Below, piece by piece: positions 1-8,882 of a DNA stretch of 64,000 bases; positions within the stretch are counted from its first letter, which is position 1; every line of letters begins with the position of its first letter. The notes under the pieces are model-generated. The model had not been told where the DNA came from, made no database searches, and saw nothing but the letters and a program-made list of their open reading frames with translations. The position numbers were made by a program, and so were the translations under genes. The stretch comes from a bacterium (lineage in GTDB: Bacteria; Patescibacteriota; Minisyncoccia; Phycocordibacterales; Phycocordibacteraceae), in NCBI GenBank assembly GCA_037200965.1, contig JBBCGK010000001.1, forward strand, positions 512,001 through 576,000. Reading direction: 5' to 3'.

Positions 1-106
1 CACATGTTCAACGATTTCATCAAGAAAACCCTCCACTACGACTGGGAAGCGGGCGGACTTAAGGTAAGTAAGCTCAGGAGCAACGCGGAAATCTTCTGAC
101 TACCCT

Positions 107-1000
107 ATGCGTATGAACCCCTCCGATATCACCTCTCTCACACGCGCGCTTGAACTTTCGATATCGACGGCTCCTCCCCAAAAGCAGCATGCGGTTACGG
201 CATCGGTCGCCTATTCCCGAAGCGGAGCTTCGTATCCGGCCGGAACCGTATCGTCGCAGACGCACATCCTCGACCTCCCTTCCGAACTCGCCGCGCTCGT
301 CCGCGCTACGCATCACGGGGACTATCCGATCACCGAGGTGCACACGATGGCAGTCGATCCTGCGACGCCCGTCTCGCCGCTTGCGCTCAAAGCCCTCGCC
401 GACCACACCGCGCGCACGGGTACCGCCATACGCTACGCGGTATTCGATATGGACGGAAACATTCTCTTCTCGGTCGACGACGCGCGCAATGCTCTCCCCT
501 TTTACCGGATGCCCGAGCACTTGCTCTCAGCCGCAACAGATCCTACGCGGATCGTTGCGCTTCCCCAGGCGCGCGAAGTCGCAGGAGAGAGCATCGAGTC
601 CCAGCTCCGCCGCTTGTCGCTTGCCGGAACCACGCTCAATTTCCCGACGCGAGACGGCGCGTCGGGCTATGGTGCCGCCGTGCGCACCAAGGACGGCACC
701 TTCTACTACGGCGGCCAGTACTCGAGCTTCGATAAACGCCTTGGCATACATGCGGAAGTCGCCGTGCTCGTAAACGCGCTTATGAGCGGCGCAAGCGACA
801 TCACGCACCTGGGCATCATCTCTTCGAAAGCAACCGATACGCCCTGTAACCCTTGCGGTTGCTGCCGCCAGTTCATCAGCGAATTAGCGCGGGCCCGCAC
901 GTTCGAGCCGCAAATATGGTGTTTCGCCTCCGCCACCGAACAGGCCAACTCTTATGCCATCGACGAGTTGCTTCCCTCCGTATGGACAAATCGCCGATGA
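107..1000 (+). CDS. cytidine/deoxycytidylate deaminase-family protein, tandem CDA fold (N-terminal degenerate copy, C-terminal catalytic copy)
   Basis: C-terminal half carries zinc-ligand motifs HAEVAVL...PCNPCGCCRQF typical of cytidine deaminases. N-terminal half is a diverged copy lacking them (SELAAL...PVSPLALKAL). Stop overlaps next start (ATGA). Confidence 0.6.
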   Translation: MRMNPSDITSLTRALELSISTAPPQKQHAVTASVAYSRSGASYPAGTVSSQTHILDLPSELAALVRATHHGDYPITEVHTMAVDPATPVSPLALKALADHTARTGTAIRYAVFDMDGNILFSVDDARNALPFYRMPEHLLSAATDPTRIVALPQAREVAGESIESQLRRLSLAGTTLNFPTRDGASGYGAAVRTKDGTFYYGGQYSSFDKRLGIHAEVAVLVNALMSGASDITHLGIISSKATDTPCNPCGCCRQFISELARARTFEPQIWCFASATEQANSYAIDELLPSVWTNRR

Positions 1001-3396
1001 CAAGCGCAAGACCGCAATTCCCCATCGTCGACGCGCTGCTTTTCGCGCCGCCCGAGTCGGCGAACGGCCGGATCGGCATCTGCACGAATACGAGCGCGCC
1101 GGGCCAGATCTATAACGACGTCGAGGAGAACAACCGCTTGGCGGTATCGATACTCGGGCCCCTGATCGTAAGCCGCGACGGGACGGAGCGCATGATCCTC
1201 AACTCGCTCGCGCACCCCACCCTTTCCTATCTCATACTTTTTTCCGAGGAGTCGCTTACGTTTTCGCCAAGCACCAACTTGCTGCTTGCGCTCATGCACG
1301 GCCTCGACGAGAGCCGCAGCGGCAACTACATCAGGGACGGACAGGCCGTATCCGCGCACTATCCCAATCTCTCAAAAGACATCCTCCGTCTCTTCGGGGA
1401 AACCATCGTCGTGCTCCCGCTCTATATGTCGCAGAACAAGGAGAGCGCCGCGGTCGTTGCCGAGTATCTTGCCTGGCTTGGTCCGCGCATTCCGGAAGAT
1501 GTCTCGTCGTTCCTTAGGGAAGCGAACGCGAAGGAGAAAAAGTATTTCGACGCGCTTAACAAGCTTATCGGGCTCCTGAGAAAGATTCCGGAAAAGGAAA
1601 AGCCTCCGGTCATGCTCGACCCGAAGGACTTCCAGCATCTTCAGCCTCCCACGGTCACGATCCCGAACGAGCGGATACGCGCTACGGTGCCGTTTCGCGT
1701 AACGCTCGAAGGCGGGCTGCTCCGGCTTGACCTACGGCTTGGCGAACGGACGTACTTCATCCGCGACGAAAACGATTTCCGCATCGAGTATTCGCTGATG
1801 AAGTACCTCGGCGAGAGAAAGTCGGAGTTTACGCCGCTTGAGCAGTTACTTATCGGCGCCGAACTGAACCGGGCGAACGTGGAACGCACGAGCGGCCTCG
1901 CCGCGGAACCGTTCACGGAACCGAACGACATACGGGGAACCGAGGAAATCCTGCTCGAACCGAACGTGGCGCTCATCCCCGACCAGGAGTACTACTACAA
2001 AATCGGCCTTAAGGGCGAGCAGGTTTCGGTGATGTGCATGGCGTTCGATATCTGCGAGGAAGTGTTCGAGCTCCGCTCGAAAGAAGCGGGCGGCATATTC
2101 AAGTGGCTGAGCGAAAAAGACCGGTTCCAGAAATACGAAATGGACATGCTCCATCGAATGGATGTCGGCGGCCAGATCGGACGTGCCGCGATCGCGGCGC
2201 GCTTCGGTTATTCGTTCATCCAGGACTTCTCGAGCATTTTCAAGCTCAATACCGAAACGCTTCCGCTTATCCTCGCCGAAGGCGACTCGTTCCTCGATGT
2301 ACACCGGTCGCTTCTTCTCAAGACCTATACCGAAGGCATTACGGAGCCGCACGGCGACGAACGGAAAGGGCTCTCCCGCACCGCCGTCGTACTTGCCGTC
2401 TACCGGGACGGCGCGACCGCGCTCGCGCAGATGCCGGGTATTTATAAGCAAGGCGACCAGTCGACGGAAGAGATGCGCGACGCGTACGCGAAGCAGCTGC
2501 TCCGGCTTGATCACGACGGCGACTATAGCTACGGGGAGCGCACGCGCGTACATTTCGGTTTCGACCAGCTGGAAACCGCGAAAAAAGCGCTCGCGGACAA
2601 CCCGGGACGCGCGACCATCGTGCAGCGCTTTGATCCGACCGAGGATATGGGCAGGTCGCGTAACCCGGATACGGGCCGGACCGAATACACGCACGATCCC
2701 TGCCTTACGCACGACATCTTTTTCGTCCAAAACGGAAAGCTGCATTCGTTCCACGTCGCCCGGGCCCATAACCTTCCGAACGCGTACCCGGAGAACATTT
2801 TCGGTCTTCATGATGCGTATGTCCGCCCCGTCCGCGACAGCCTTGCCCTCGCCTCCGGAGACCTGTACATGCTGTCGAGTCGGGGAAACATCCTCCTCCT
2901 TACCGAGGAGCAGCGCGTGCGGAAGATCATCGCGGAACCGTCGAAACCGATGGGCGCGGTCGATAGCGTAAGCGGCCCGTTTCTTATCGGACCGAACGTG
3001 CGTTCCCCGGCCGTTCCCCAAGGAGGAATTTCTTATACGACTATCAAGCTCGAAGAAAACACTTCCTGCTCCCATCCTTTCCTCGATCGCTTCGCTTCGT
3101 TTGAAGGCATCGATACCATCGAACGGGCTATTTCCTATCTCGAAACTAAGGGCGGGGCGCACAACAACCCCATCCTCACCACATACCAGGCCGGAAAGTC
3201 GGACCCGCAGGAGGACCATCTTGTCTTCTTCCAGGCGAACGTGTTCGGAAAGCGCCTGCAGGCGACCGCCGTATTCGCGAACCACGCGCCGGAACCCGTG
3301 GACCGTGCGCTTATTTTCGCGCTTGCCACGCGCTTCGCAGGCCGGCTCAAGGTCGGGCTCGGAAATGCCGCCATTTTCTATGTCAACGCAGGCTGA
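997..3396 (+). CDS. large (~799 aa) protein with C-terminal thymidylate synthase / dCMP-hydroxymethylase-like domain; N-terminal ~550 aa uncharacterized
   Basis: ORF 853..3396; ATG at 997 overlaps upstream stop. C-terminal motifs in ThyA order: FDQL..ADNPGR..R..DPCLTHDIFFVQNGKLHSFHVARAHN..PNAYPENIFGL (cf. DQL..NP.SRR..PPCH..QFYV..GKLSCQLYQRS..PFNIASYALL). No P-loop seen in N-terminal part. Confidence 0.5.
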   Translation: MTSARPQFPIVDALLFAPPESANGRIGICTNTSAPGQIYNDVEENNRLAVSILGPLIVSRDGTERMILNSLAHPTLSYLILFSEESLTFSPSTNLLLALMHGLDESRSGNYIRDGQAVSAHYPNLSKDILRLFGETIVVLPLYMSQNKESAAVVAEYLAWLGPRIPEDVSSFLREANAKEKKYFDALNKLIGLLRKIPEKEKPPVMLDPKDFQHLQPPTVTIPNERIRATVPFRVTLEGGLLRLDLRLGERTYFIRDENDFRIEYSLMKYLGERKSEFTPLEQLLIGAELNRANVERTSGLAAEPFTEPNDIRGTEEILLEPNVALIPDQEYYYKIGLKGEQVSVMCMAFDICEEVFELRSKEAGGIFKWLSEKDRFQKYEMDMLHRMDVGGQIGRAAIAARFGYSFIQDFSSIFKLNTETLPLILAEGDSFLDVHRSLLLKTYTEGITEPHGDERKGLSRTAVVLAVYRDGATALAQMPGIYKQGDQSTEEMRDAYAKQLLRLDHDGDYSYGERTRVHFGFDQLETAKKALADNPGRATIVQRFDPTEDMGRSRNPDTGRTEYTHDPCLTHDIFFVQNGKLHSFHVARAHNLPNAYPENIFGLHDAYVRPVRDSLALASGDLYMLSSRGNILLLTEEQRVRKIIAEPSKPMGAVDSVSGPFLIGPNVRSPAVPQGGISYTTIKLEENTSCSHPFLDRFASFEGIDTIERAISYLETKGGAHNNPILTTYQAGKSDPQEDHLVFFQANVFGKRLQATAVFANHAPEPVDRALIFALATRFAGRLKVGLGNAAIFYVNAG

Positions 3397-4057
3397 CCGA
3401 TTCAAAGACGTGCGCGTCGTCGGATTCGATCTCGACCAGACGCTGTATCCGAAATCGCCGGATATCGATACGATGATCCAAAAGTACCTGTATGAAAAGA
3501 TAGCCGAGCACCGCGGCATCGCCCTTATCGACGCAGAGCTGCTGTTTAAAGAGCTGTACCGGGACGGTTCGGGACTGTCGGGGCGGCAGACCCTCGAATC
3601 GCTCGGGCTTTCCGAGGCGTCGAACCTGGTGCAAGAGGCCCTCGAGCGCGCCGACATCGCCGCGGTGCTGCGTCCGGATCAGACAGTGAACCGATTCCTT
3701 GCCGAGCTGCGCGTTTCCTGTGATGGAATGGATCTGATTACCGGCTCGAACCTGTCTCAAACACAAAAGAAGCTCGCGGCTCTCGGGCTTTCTCCCGAAA
3801 GCTTCACCCACTGCCTTACCGAAGACCAGGCGAGCAAATCGGACGGTGCGGCATACCGGCTGTGGCTTTCCCTCTATCCGCACCTTCCGCCGCGGCACTT
3901 TCTCTATATCGGGGACCGGGTGCAAAGCGACCACGTGGTCCCGGCGGCGCTTGGCATACGCACCGCACTCGTTAATGTGCGAGCTGTCGACGCGCAAATC
4001 AGCGTCCCCCAGCTTCCGAGTTTGCTTGATCTGCGGGGCCTGCTCCCGGCACGATAG
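3380..4057 (+). CDS. HAD-superfamily hydrolase (phosphatase, subfamily IA-like)
   Basis: DxDxT motif VGFDLDQTLY, motif II ITGSN, C-terminal K...GDRVQSD. ATG at 3380 overlaps upstream gene end by 17 nt. Confidence 0.7.
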   Translation: MSTQADRFKDVRVVGFDLDQTLYPKSPDIDTMIQKYLYEKIAEHRGIALIDAELLFKELYRDGSGLSGRQTLESLGLSEASNLVQEALERADIAAVLRPDQTVNRFLAELRVSCDGMDLITGSNLSQTQKKLAALGLSPESFTHCLTEDQASKSDGAAYRLWLSLYPHLPPRHFLYIGDRVQSDHVVPAALGIRTALVNVRAVDAQISVPQLPSLLDLRGLLPAR

Positions 4058-4063
4058 CTATAA

Positions 4064-4097
4064 TAAAAACAGGCGCCGTTTAGGGCGCCTGTTTTTA
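4064..4097. terminator. bidirectional rho-independent terminator
   Basis: aaaacaggcgcc-gttta-ggcgcctgtttt hairpin flanked by A-run and T-run, right after the HAD stop. Confidence 0.7.
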
Positions 4098-4105
4098 TAT
4101 TCAAA

Positions 4106-5022
4106 GGGTAATCCCTAATTCCTGCCACCAAACCCAGTGCCCTGAACGAGCGTGAGCAGACGCTCCTCCTGCTCGGCAAGCGTCTTCGTGCGGCGGTTGA
4201 ACTTCCAGGCGATCTCTCCGACGAAGAGGTACAGATGCGTACGGCGCATGCCGCCGATGCATCCGAGACGACGCTTCAAGAGCCCCCAGAAGCCCTCGAT
4301 GTTGTTCGTATGCACGTCGCCGCGTACGAGCTCTCCGCCGTCATGATCCACGTACTCGTGACGGTACCCCCGCTTCTTGAGGCCGCGGTATGTTTTGAAG
4401 CCGTCGGTATACACGTACGCTCCCTCCGGCACCAGCCGCTCGATCGTGCTGAAGATGGTCCTCCAATCAAGCTTCTTGGGGAGTATGGCGACATATACCT
4501 GTCCGGAGGTCCGCGAAAAGAGCCCGAAGATGGGAAGCTTGTCGGTCCCGTGACCGCGCTTCGTTTCCAGACGCCGGATGTGGAGACGTTTGTTCTTGCG
4601 CTGGCCGCCGATGTACGTTTCGTCCATCTCGATTGGACCGGGAAGCACGGCTGGCTGGTCAGCCGTCATGACCGTACGGAGATGGAGTGCCATGCGCTCC
4701 ACGCGCGAATGCGGTATTCCCGTCTCCTCAACGATACGTTTGATCGTCCGCTCCCTGAGGAAGACACGTATGCACTTCCGCCACTCGGCTTCCGTGCTGC
4801 GGATGCCCTCAACTGGAGCTGCGTGCCCGCTCCACTCGCGTCTGCACCGCCTGCACTTCAGTTTGTTCCTGCGGAGTTTCCAGGCACGGCGGAAGGCGCA
4901 ATACGGACATACAGGAGCGGGCATATATGGTGGCACTATTAGGTATTGCACCACTGTGCCCGTCAGAGAGCCTCACGCAAGGATATTTCAAAGATATGTG
5001 GTGGCAGAGTTAGGGATTACCC
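4106..5022 (-). mobile_element. IS1595-family insertion sequence (~917 bp)
   Basis: Terminal inverted repeats GGGTAATCCCTAA (4106-4118) / TTAGGGATTACCC (5010-5022), extending imperfectly to ~22 bp. Flanked by 7-bp direct repeat ATTCAAA (4099-4105 and 5023-5029), consistent with a target-site duplication. Confidence 0.75.
4115..4954 (-). CDS. IS1595-family transposase (N-terminal zinc ribbon + DDE)
   Basis: 279 aa with CPYC...CRRC zinc ribbon and ISXO2/IS1595-type DDE core (DETYIGG...YVYTDGFKTY...NNIEGFWG). Confidence 0.8.
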   Translation of the reverse strand: MVQYLIVPPYMPAPVCPYCAFRRAWKLRRNKLKCRRCRREWSGHAAPVEGIRSTEAEWRKCIRVFLRERTIKRIVEETGIPHSRVERMALHLRTVMTADQPAVLPGPIEMDETYIGGQRKNKRLHIRRLETKRGHGTDKLPIFGLFSRTSGQVYVAILPKKLDWRTIFSTIERLVPEGAYVYTDGFKTYRGLKKRGYRHEYVDHDGGELVRGDVHTNNIEGFWGLLKRRLGCIGGMRRTHLYLFVGEIAWKFNRRTKTLAEQEERLLTLVQGTGFGGRN

Positions 5023-5032
5023 ATTCAAAAAC

Positions 5033-5452
5033 TTATTTGACCTCCACGCCCATCGAACGGGCAGTTCCCTCAACAAGGCGGTCGGCAGCTTCAAGCGAAC
5101 CGGCGTTGAGGTCCGGCATCTTCTCCTCGGAGATAGCGCGCACCTGGGCCTTCGAGAGCGTGCCTGCTTTCTCAAGCGGAGTCTTCCCGGAACCCTTCTC
5201 GATACCGAGCGCCTTGAGGATAAGGCGGGACGCGGGCGGGGTCTTTAGGATAAAGGTGAAGCTGCGGTCGTCGAAGACCGAGAGTTCGACCGGGATGATA
5301 ATACCCATCTTCTCGCGGGTAGCTTCGTTGAACTTCGAGACGAAGTCGCCGATGTTGACGCCCGCCGGGCCAAGCGCGGTACCGACCGGAGGAGCGGGCG
5401 TCGCCTTCCCGCCCGGGATCTGGAGCTTTATCTTCTTTACGAGCTTTGCCAT
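5033..5452 (-). CDS. rplK: 50S ribosomal protein L11
   Basis: [46 protein letters not shown] is a canonical L11 sequence. Confidence 0.9.
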   Translation of the reverse strand: MAKLVKKIKLQIPGGKATPAPPVGTALGPAGVNIGDFVSKFNEATREKMGIIIPVELSVFDDRSFTFILKTPPASRLILKALGIEKGSGKTPLEKAGTLSKAQVRAISEEKMPDLNAGSLEAADRLVEGTARSMGVEVK

Positions 5453-5470
5453 ACGTATGGAGACTCTACG

Positions 5471-6043
5471 CTAGAGCTTCCTGATCTGCAAGAAATCGAG
5501 CTCGACCGGCGTCTCGCGGCCGAACATGGCGACCAGAACCTTGACCTTGCCGCGGTCCTCGTCGATCTCCCCCACCTTGCCCTCGAGGTCCTTGAACGGC
5601 CCGTCGTTTATGACGACCGGATCGTCTTTCACGAGGTCGATCTTGTGCTTCGCGACCTCAGCATTCATGCGCTTCATGAGGACGGCGACTTCCGCCTCGT
5701 CCATCGGGACAGGGGTTACGCCCGAGCCCACGAACCCGGTCACGCGAGGGGTGTTGCGCACCACGAACCACGAGTCATCGTCGACGAGCATCCGCACGAG
5801 AATATACCCCGGATAAATCTTTTCCTCTTCGGTCACGCGCTTCCCAGCTTTCACGCGGATCTTCTTCTCGGTCGGGACGACGACGTCGAATATCTTCTCC
5901 TCCATGCCGAGGGACTCAATGCGCTGCTTGAGGTTGCGCTCCACGGCGTTCTCGTATCCGGCGTACGTGTGGATCGCGTACCAGCGGGCGTCTTCCTTGC
6001 CGAGCCTGGTCTGGTCGGTGATATGGGTGCTGTTGGGTTCCAT
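5471..6043 (-). CDS. nusG: transcription termination/antitermination factor NusG
   Basis: NGN + KOW domains (WYAIHTYAGYENAV...GFVG...PVVINDGPFKDLEGKV). Confidence 0.9.
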   Translation of the reverse strand: MEPNSTHITDQTRLGKEDARWYAIHTYAGYENAVERNLKQRIESLGMEEKIFDVVVPTEKKIRVKAGKRVTEEEKIYPGYILVRMLVDDDSWFVVRNTPRVTGFVGSGVTPVPMDEAEVAVLMKRMNAEVAKHKIDLVKDDPVVINDGPFKDLEGKVGEIDEDRGKVKVLVAMFGRETPVELDFLQIRKL

Positions 6044-6054
6044 GGCCGGGGAAG

Positions 6055-6240
6055 TTATGCGCCGACGTAGTAGCTCACGACGGTCGTGAAGACGTAGTCG
6101 AGGGCGCCGATAAGAAGCGCGGTTATAAGCGAAATGAAGAGTACGAGGAGCGTGTGCTCAATCGCTTCCTTTCGTGAAGGCCAGGTAACGTGCGAGAGTT
6201 CTGCGCGCACGTGCGTGAGATACGAGAAAAGTGAAGTCAT
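6055..6240 (-). CDS. secE: preprotein translocase subunit SecE
   Basis: 61-aa single-TM protein immediately upstream of nusG-rplK (conserved secE-nusG-rplK order). Confidence 0.75.
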   Translation of the reverse strand: MTSLFSYLTHVRAELSHVTWPSRKEAIEHTLLVLFISLITALLIGALDYVFTTVVSYYVGA

Positions 6241-6327
6241 AGGGTGGTGGGTAAAAGCGGATTCGCCAATTAAAAAACCCCTGCGGGGTCGGTACGTTTC
6301 CCATGATAGTACGGGCCGGAAATCGAG

Positions 6328-7371
6328 TCAAGCAGCTGTACGCGTCCAGTACCTCTGGCACTCCTCGGCCGTTAATGAGGAGAGTATATACCGGAGCGGC
6401 GGCACCTGTCCCAGGGACTCGTGCGGACGCCGGGCGTTGTACCAGAGCAGCCAGTCGACCAGCTTCAGGTTGAATGCCGCGACGTCGTCCCGCAGGAGCG
6501 GCCGATTGAGCATGATGCAGTCCTCCGAGATCGTCCGGTTGAACCGCTCGACGAACGCGTTCATCTTCGGGCTGCGGGGAAACGTATTGAAGTGGGTGAG
6601 GCCGAGGGCGCGGCACCCCGCCTCGAAGTTCTTGGCGAACTCCGGGCCGTTGTCGGTCTGGAGCTCCGTGATGTCGAAGGGGCACACCGCGATGACGCGC
6701 GCGAGGAAATCGGCGGCGGACGCGGAGGAGTGGACGGTATACGCGCCGGCGAAGGCGAACTTCTTCTCGACATCGATGGCGGTCAGGACGTACCGCTTCA
6801 CGCCGTCGATGAAGCGGACGACGGTGTCGAGCTCCATGCCCCGCTTGTGCCGCCTGCGCAGCTTCGTGCGCTTCGATACGGGCTTCTCCCGATACGTGCC
6901 GCTTCGCGCATAGTATGAGAGCGGCTTGTGCGGGAGCAGCAGCCCTCTCCTCTTGAGGTCCGCGACGACCCTCCCGACATACGATTCGGATACCCGGTAC
7001 CCGTCCTCCCGCAGCAGGGCTGCGAGCTTCGCCTTGCCGAGCCTCGGATGCTCCGCGCGCTCCTTCAGGATGAACGTCTCGACCTCGGGGAGGACGATGC
7101 GTCTCCTCCGATTCTTCGGTGCCGTCGACTTGGGATCGAGCGCGTCGAGTCTCCCGTGCGCGCGGTCGAGCTTCGCCTGCCAACGGAAGAGCGTGCGGCG
7201 AGAGACGCTGAAGGCGTCCCTGGCCGCACGCTCCCCGTGCGTTTTCCAGAAGTCCAGCACCTTGACCCGATGCCGCACCTCGTCGTTGTTCCTCATATGC
7301 AGGAAGCGTATGCTCCGCTCGCGCATATACAACCAGCCCTCGGTATCCTTCAGTATGTTGAATTGACGCAT
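6328..7371 (-). CDS. IS481-family transposase (HTH + rve integrase core)
   Basis: 347 aa with DDE/rve motifs LQTDNGPEF...HFNTFPRSPKMNAFVERFNRT. Confidence 0.8.
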   Translation of the reverse strand: MRQFNILKDTEGWLYMRERSIRFLHMRNNDEVRHRVKVLDFWKTHGERAARDAFSVSRRTLFRWQAKLDRAHGRLDALDPKSTAPKNRRRRIVLPEVETFILKERAEHPRLGKAKLAALLREDGYRVSESYVGRVVADLKRRGLLLPHKPLSYYARSGTYREKPVSKRTKLRRRHKRGMELDTVVRFIDGVKRYVLTAIDVEKKFAFAGAYTVHSSASAADFLARVIAVCPFDITELQTDNGPEFAKNFEAGCRALGLTHFNTFPRSPKMNAFVERFNRTISEDCIMLNRPLLRDDVAAFNLKLVDWLLWYNARRPHESLGQVPPLRYILSSLTAEECQRYWTRTAA

Positions 7372-7425
7372 CGCTCCTCAGTTAGGAGGAGTGCCATATG
7401 TATCTGAACTTGTGCAGCGGTGTGC
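6333..7425 (-). mobile_element. IS481-family insertion sequence (copy 1)
   Basis: Long imperfect terminal IRs sharing an exact TGGCACTCCTC core (6356-6366 / rc 7388-7398) and weaker matches out to ~6333 and ~7425. Short flanking (T/G)CAAG repeat. Transposase stop codon lies at or just outside the IS end, as in IS481 relatives. Confidence 0.55.
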
Positions 7426-7430
7426 AAGTA

Positions 7431-7467
7431 TAAAAAAGACCTCCGCAACCTTAACGGTGCGGAGGTT
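7431..7467 (-). terminator. rho-independent terminator of the 7492..7884 gene
   Basis: cctccgca-accttaacgg-tgcggagg hairpin followed (on minus strand) by a T-run. Confidence 0.5.
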
Positions 7468-7491
7468 TGAAGTGTCGAGGAGTCGTGGCGA

Positions 7492-7884
7492 TCAGGCCGC
7501 GATGCGATCGCAAGTTCGCGCTTGGCGGAGTACTGCCGCCCGGCGCGCGATTTCTGCGTCGCTGAGTGAGCTGGGATGGCGTGCCACAGCGAGCTCGGCC
7601 CTGAAGCCCTCCAGCTCGTCGATGCCGGAAGCCTGCGCGTTCCTGAGCGCTTCGGCGACCGTATACGCACCGTCCCGAACCAGGGTCTTGAGGCGCGCTT
7701 TGATGCCATCCTTCACGGTGGCGAGATCGCGCTCGAGGTCGCGGACCAGGCCCACGAAACCGGCGGCGCGCGCCTGGCTGATGCCCTGTTCGAGGGTGAT
7801 TTCGCGGCCGCGCACGCGACGGCGGATGTCTCCTTCCGTTACGAGCTTCGCGCGCTGACGGAGGACTTTGGCGGTGATATCCAT
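7492..7884 (-). CDS. hypothetical protein (130 aa; possibly GatB/YqeY-like)
   Basis: ORF with its own sigma70-like promoter and terminator; no firm motif recognised. Confidence 0.4.
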   Translation of the reverse strand: MDITAKVLRQRAKLVTEGDIRRRVRGREITLEQGISQARAAGFVGLVRDLERDLATVKDGIKARLKTLVRDGAYTVAEALRNAQASGIDELEGFRAELAVARHPSSLSDAEIARRAAVLRQARTCDRIAA

Positions 7885-7933
7885 GGCATACCCCTTTTTG
7901 CATAGGAACGGCCCAATGCCGGTTCCTGACTAG

Positions 7934-7962
7934 AATGTAGCATAGTAGTATACGTCTGTCAA
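7934..7962 (-). promoter_or_regulatory. sigma70-like promoter (TTGACA-17 bp-TACATT) for the 7492..7884 gene
   Basis: On the minus strand, TTGACA (rc of 7957-7962) and TACATT (rc of 7934-7939) with a 17-bp spacer, ~45 nt upstream of the start. Confidence 0.45.
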
Positions 7963-7981
7963 GCGAGGTTTCTTAAAATAC

Positions 7982-8010
7982 GAGAAAACGCCGTATATAC
8001 GGCGTTTCTG
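7982..8010 (-). terminator. rho-independent terminator after the SIMPL-domain gene
   Basis: aaacgccgtatatacggcgttt hairpin with T-run on the minus strand. Confidence 0.45.
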
Positions 8011-8034
8011 TCCCTTACACCGGGATCAGTATGG

Positions 8035-8835
8035 CTATCTGATTTCGTAGGTGATGGAAACGGTCGAGGTAGTCTCATTCTCCCCTGTCGGAAGCGAAGG
8101 CGCTGCGGCCATATCCATGGCCTTGCCGCCAAACGCGCTTTGCGAGTACATAGGATACGGCTGGCCGCCGGTTTCTTCGTAGAAGTTCACGACGCGGCCG
8201 AGGCGGACCCCGAGTTCCTTGGCGAGCGCCTGCGCTTTTTCCTTCGCGTCCGCGATCGCTTCCGCGCGTGCCGCGGCCTTCACGCTGCCGTCCTCGTCGA
8301 CGGTGAAATTGGGGCCGCTGATGTTCTGAACGCCAAGGGTTCCGAGCTCCTGGAGCACGTCACCAGCCTTCGCGGTGTCGCGCACCGTCACTTGGATAGT
8401 CTGCGATACGTCATAGCCCGTGATCGTTGCCGTGTTGTTCGGACAGAAGACCCCCGGAGGACAGGTCGGATACGTGTATTGCGGGGATACGCTGTACGCA
8501 AGCGTCTTCACGTCCTTGTCCTCGATGCCGGAATCCTTAAGCGCAGCAAGCGCGTCGTTGCTCTTTTTGGTCGCGGCAGTCTGCGCGTCACCGACCGACT
8601 TCGCGGTCTCGGTCACGGTGTACGTGATCTTGGCCACGTCCGGCACCGCGTTCGCGGTTCCCTGTCCGCTTACGGTAATAGTGTCGGTTGCGGGCGCGCT
8701 CGGGTGGTTAAGGTCGCGGATCACCGAAAGCGATTCCACGAGAAGGAAGAGTGCGAGCATGGCGAGCGCAAACGCTCCCACCTGCACGATGCGGTGCGGC
8801 GGTTCGATGCGCAGGGTCTTTTCGTTTTCGTTCAT
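8035..8835 (-). CDS. SIMPL-domain (DUF541/BP26-like) secreted protein
   Basis: N-terminal TM/signal anchor plus the typical SIMPL architecture and composition (TVSGQGTA...ITGYDVSQTIQVTVRD...). Confidence 0.7.
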   Translation of the reverse strand: MNENEKTLRIEPPHRIVQVGAFALAMLALFLLVESLSVIRDLNHPSAPATDTITVSGQGTANAVPDVAKITYTVTETAKSVGDAQTAATKKSNDALAALKDSGIEDKDVKTLAYSVSPQYTYPTCPPGVFCPNNTATITGYDVSQTIQVTVRDTAKAGDVLQELGTLGVQNISGPNFTVDEDGSVKAAARAEAIADAKEKAQALAKELGVRLGRVVNFYEETGGQPYPMYSQSAFGGKAMDMAAAPSLPTGENETTSTVSITYEIR

Positions 8836-8882
8836 ATAGTAAATCGGTTAACGGGTAAGTGCGGACAGTATAGCAGAATCTC

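Noticed and set aside
1846-3657. 603-aa minus-strand ORF overlapping the TS-like gene
   Set aside because: Antisense to a gene with recognisable motifs; Arg/Ser/Pro-rich low-complexity translation typical of high-GC antisense frames.
4235-5474. Plus-strand ORFs (235 aa, 298 aa) across the IS1595 transposase and rplK
   Set aside because: Antisense to clearly identifiable transposase and L11 genes; no motifs.
6158-7183. 341-aa alternative-frame ORF inside the IS481 element
   Set aside because: Overlaps the bona fide rve transposase in another frame; extreme Arg/Pro/Gly composition.
7492-7884. Calling the 130-aa protein GatB/YqeY
   Set aside because: Only a vague compositional resemblance; left as hypothetical.
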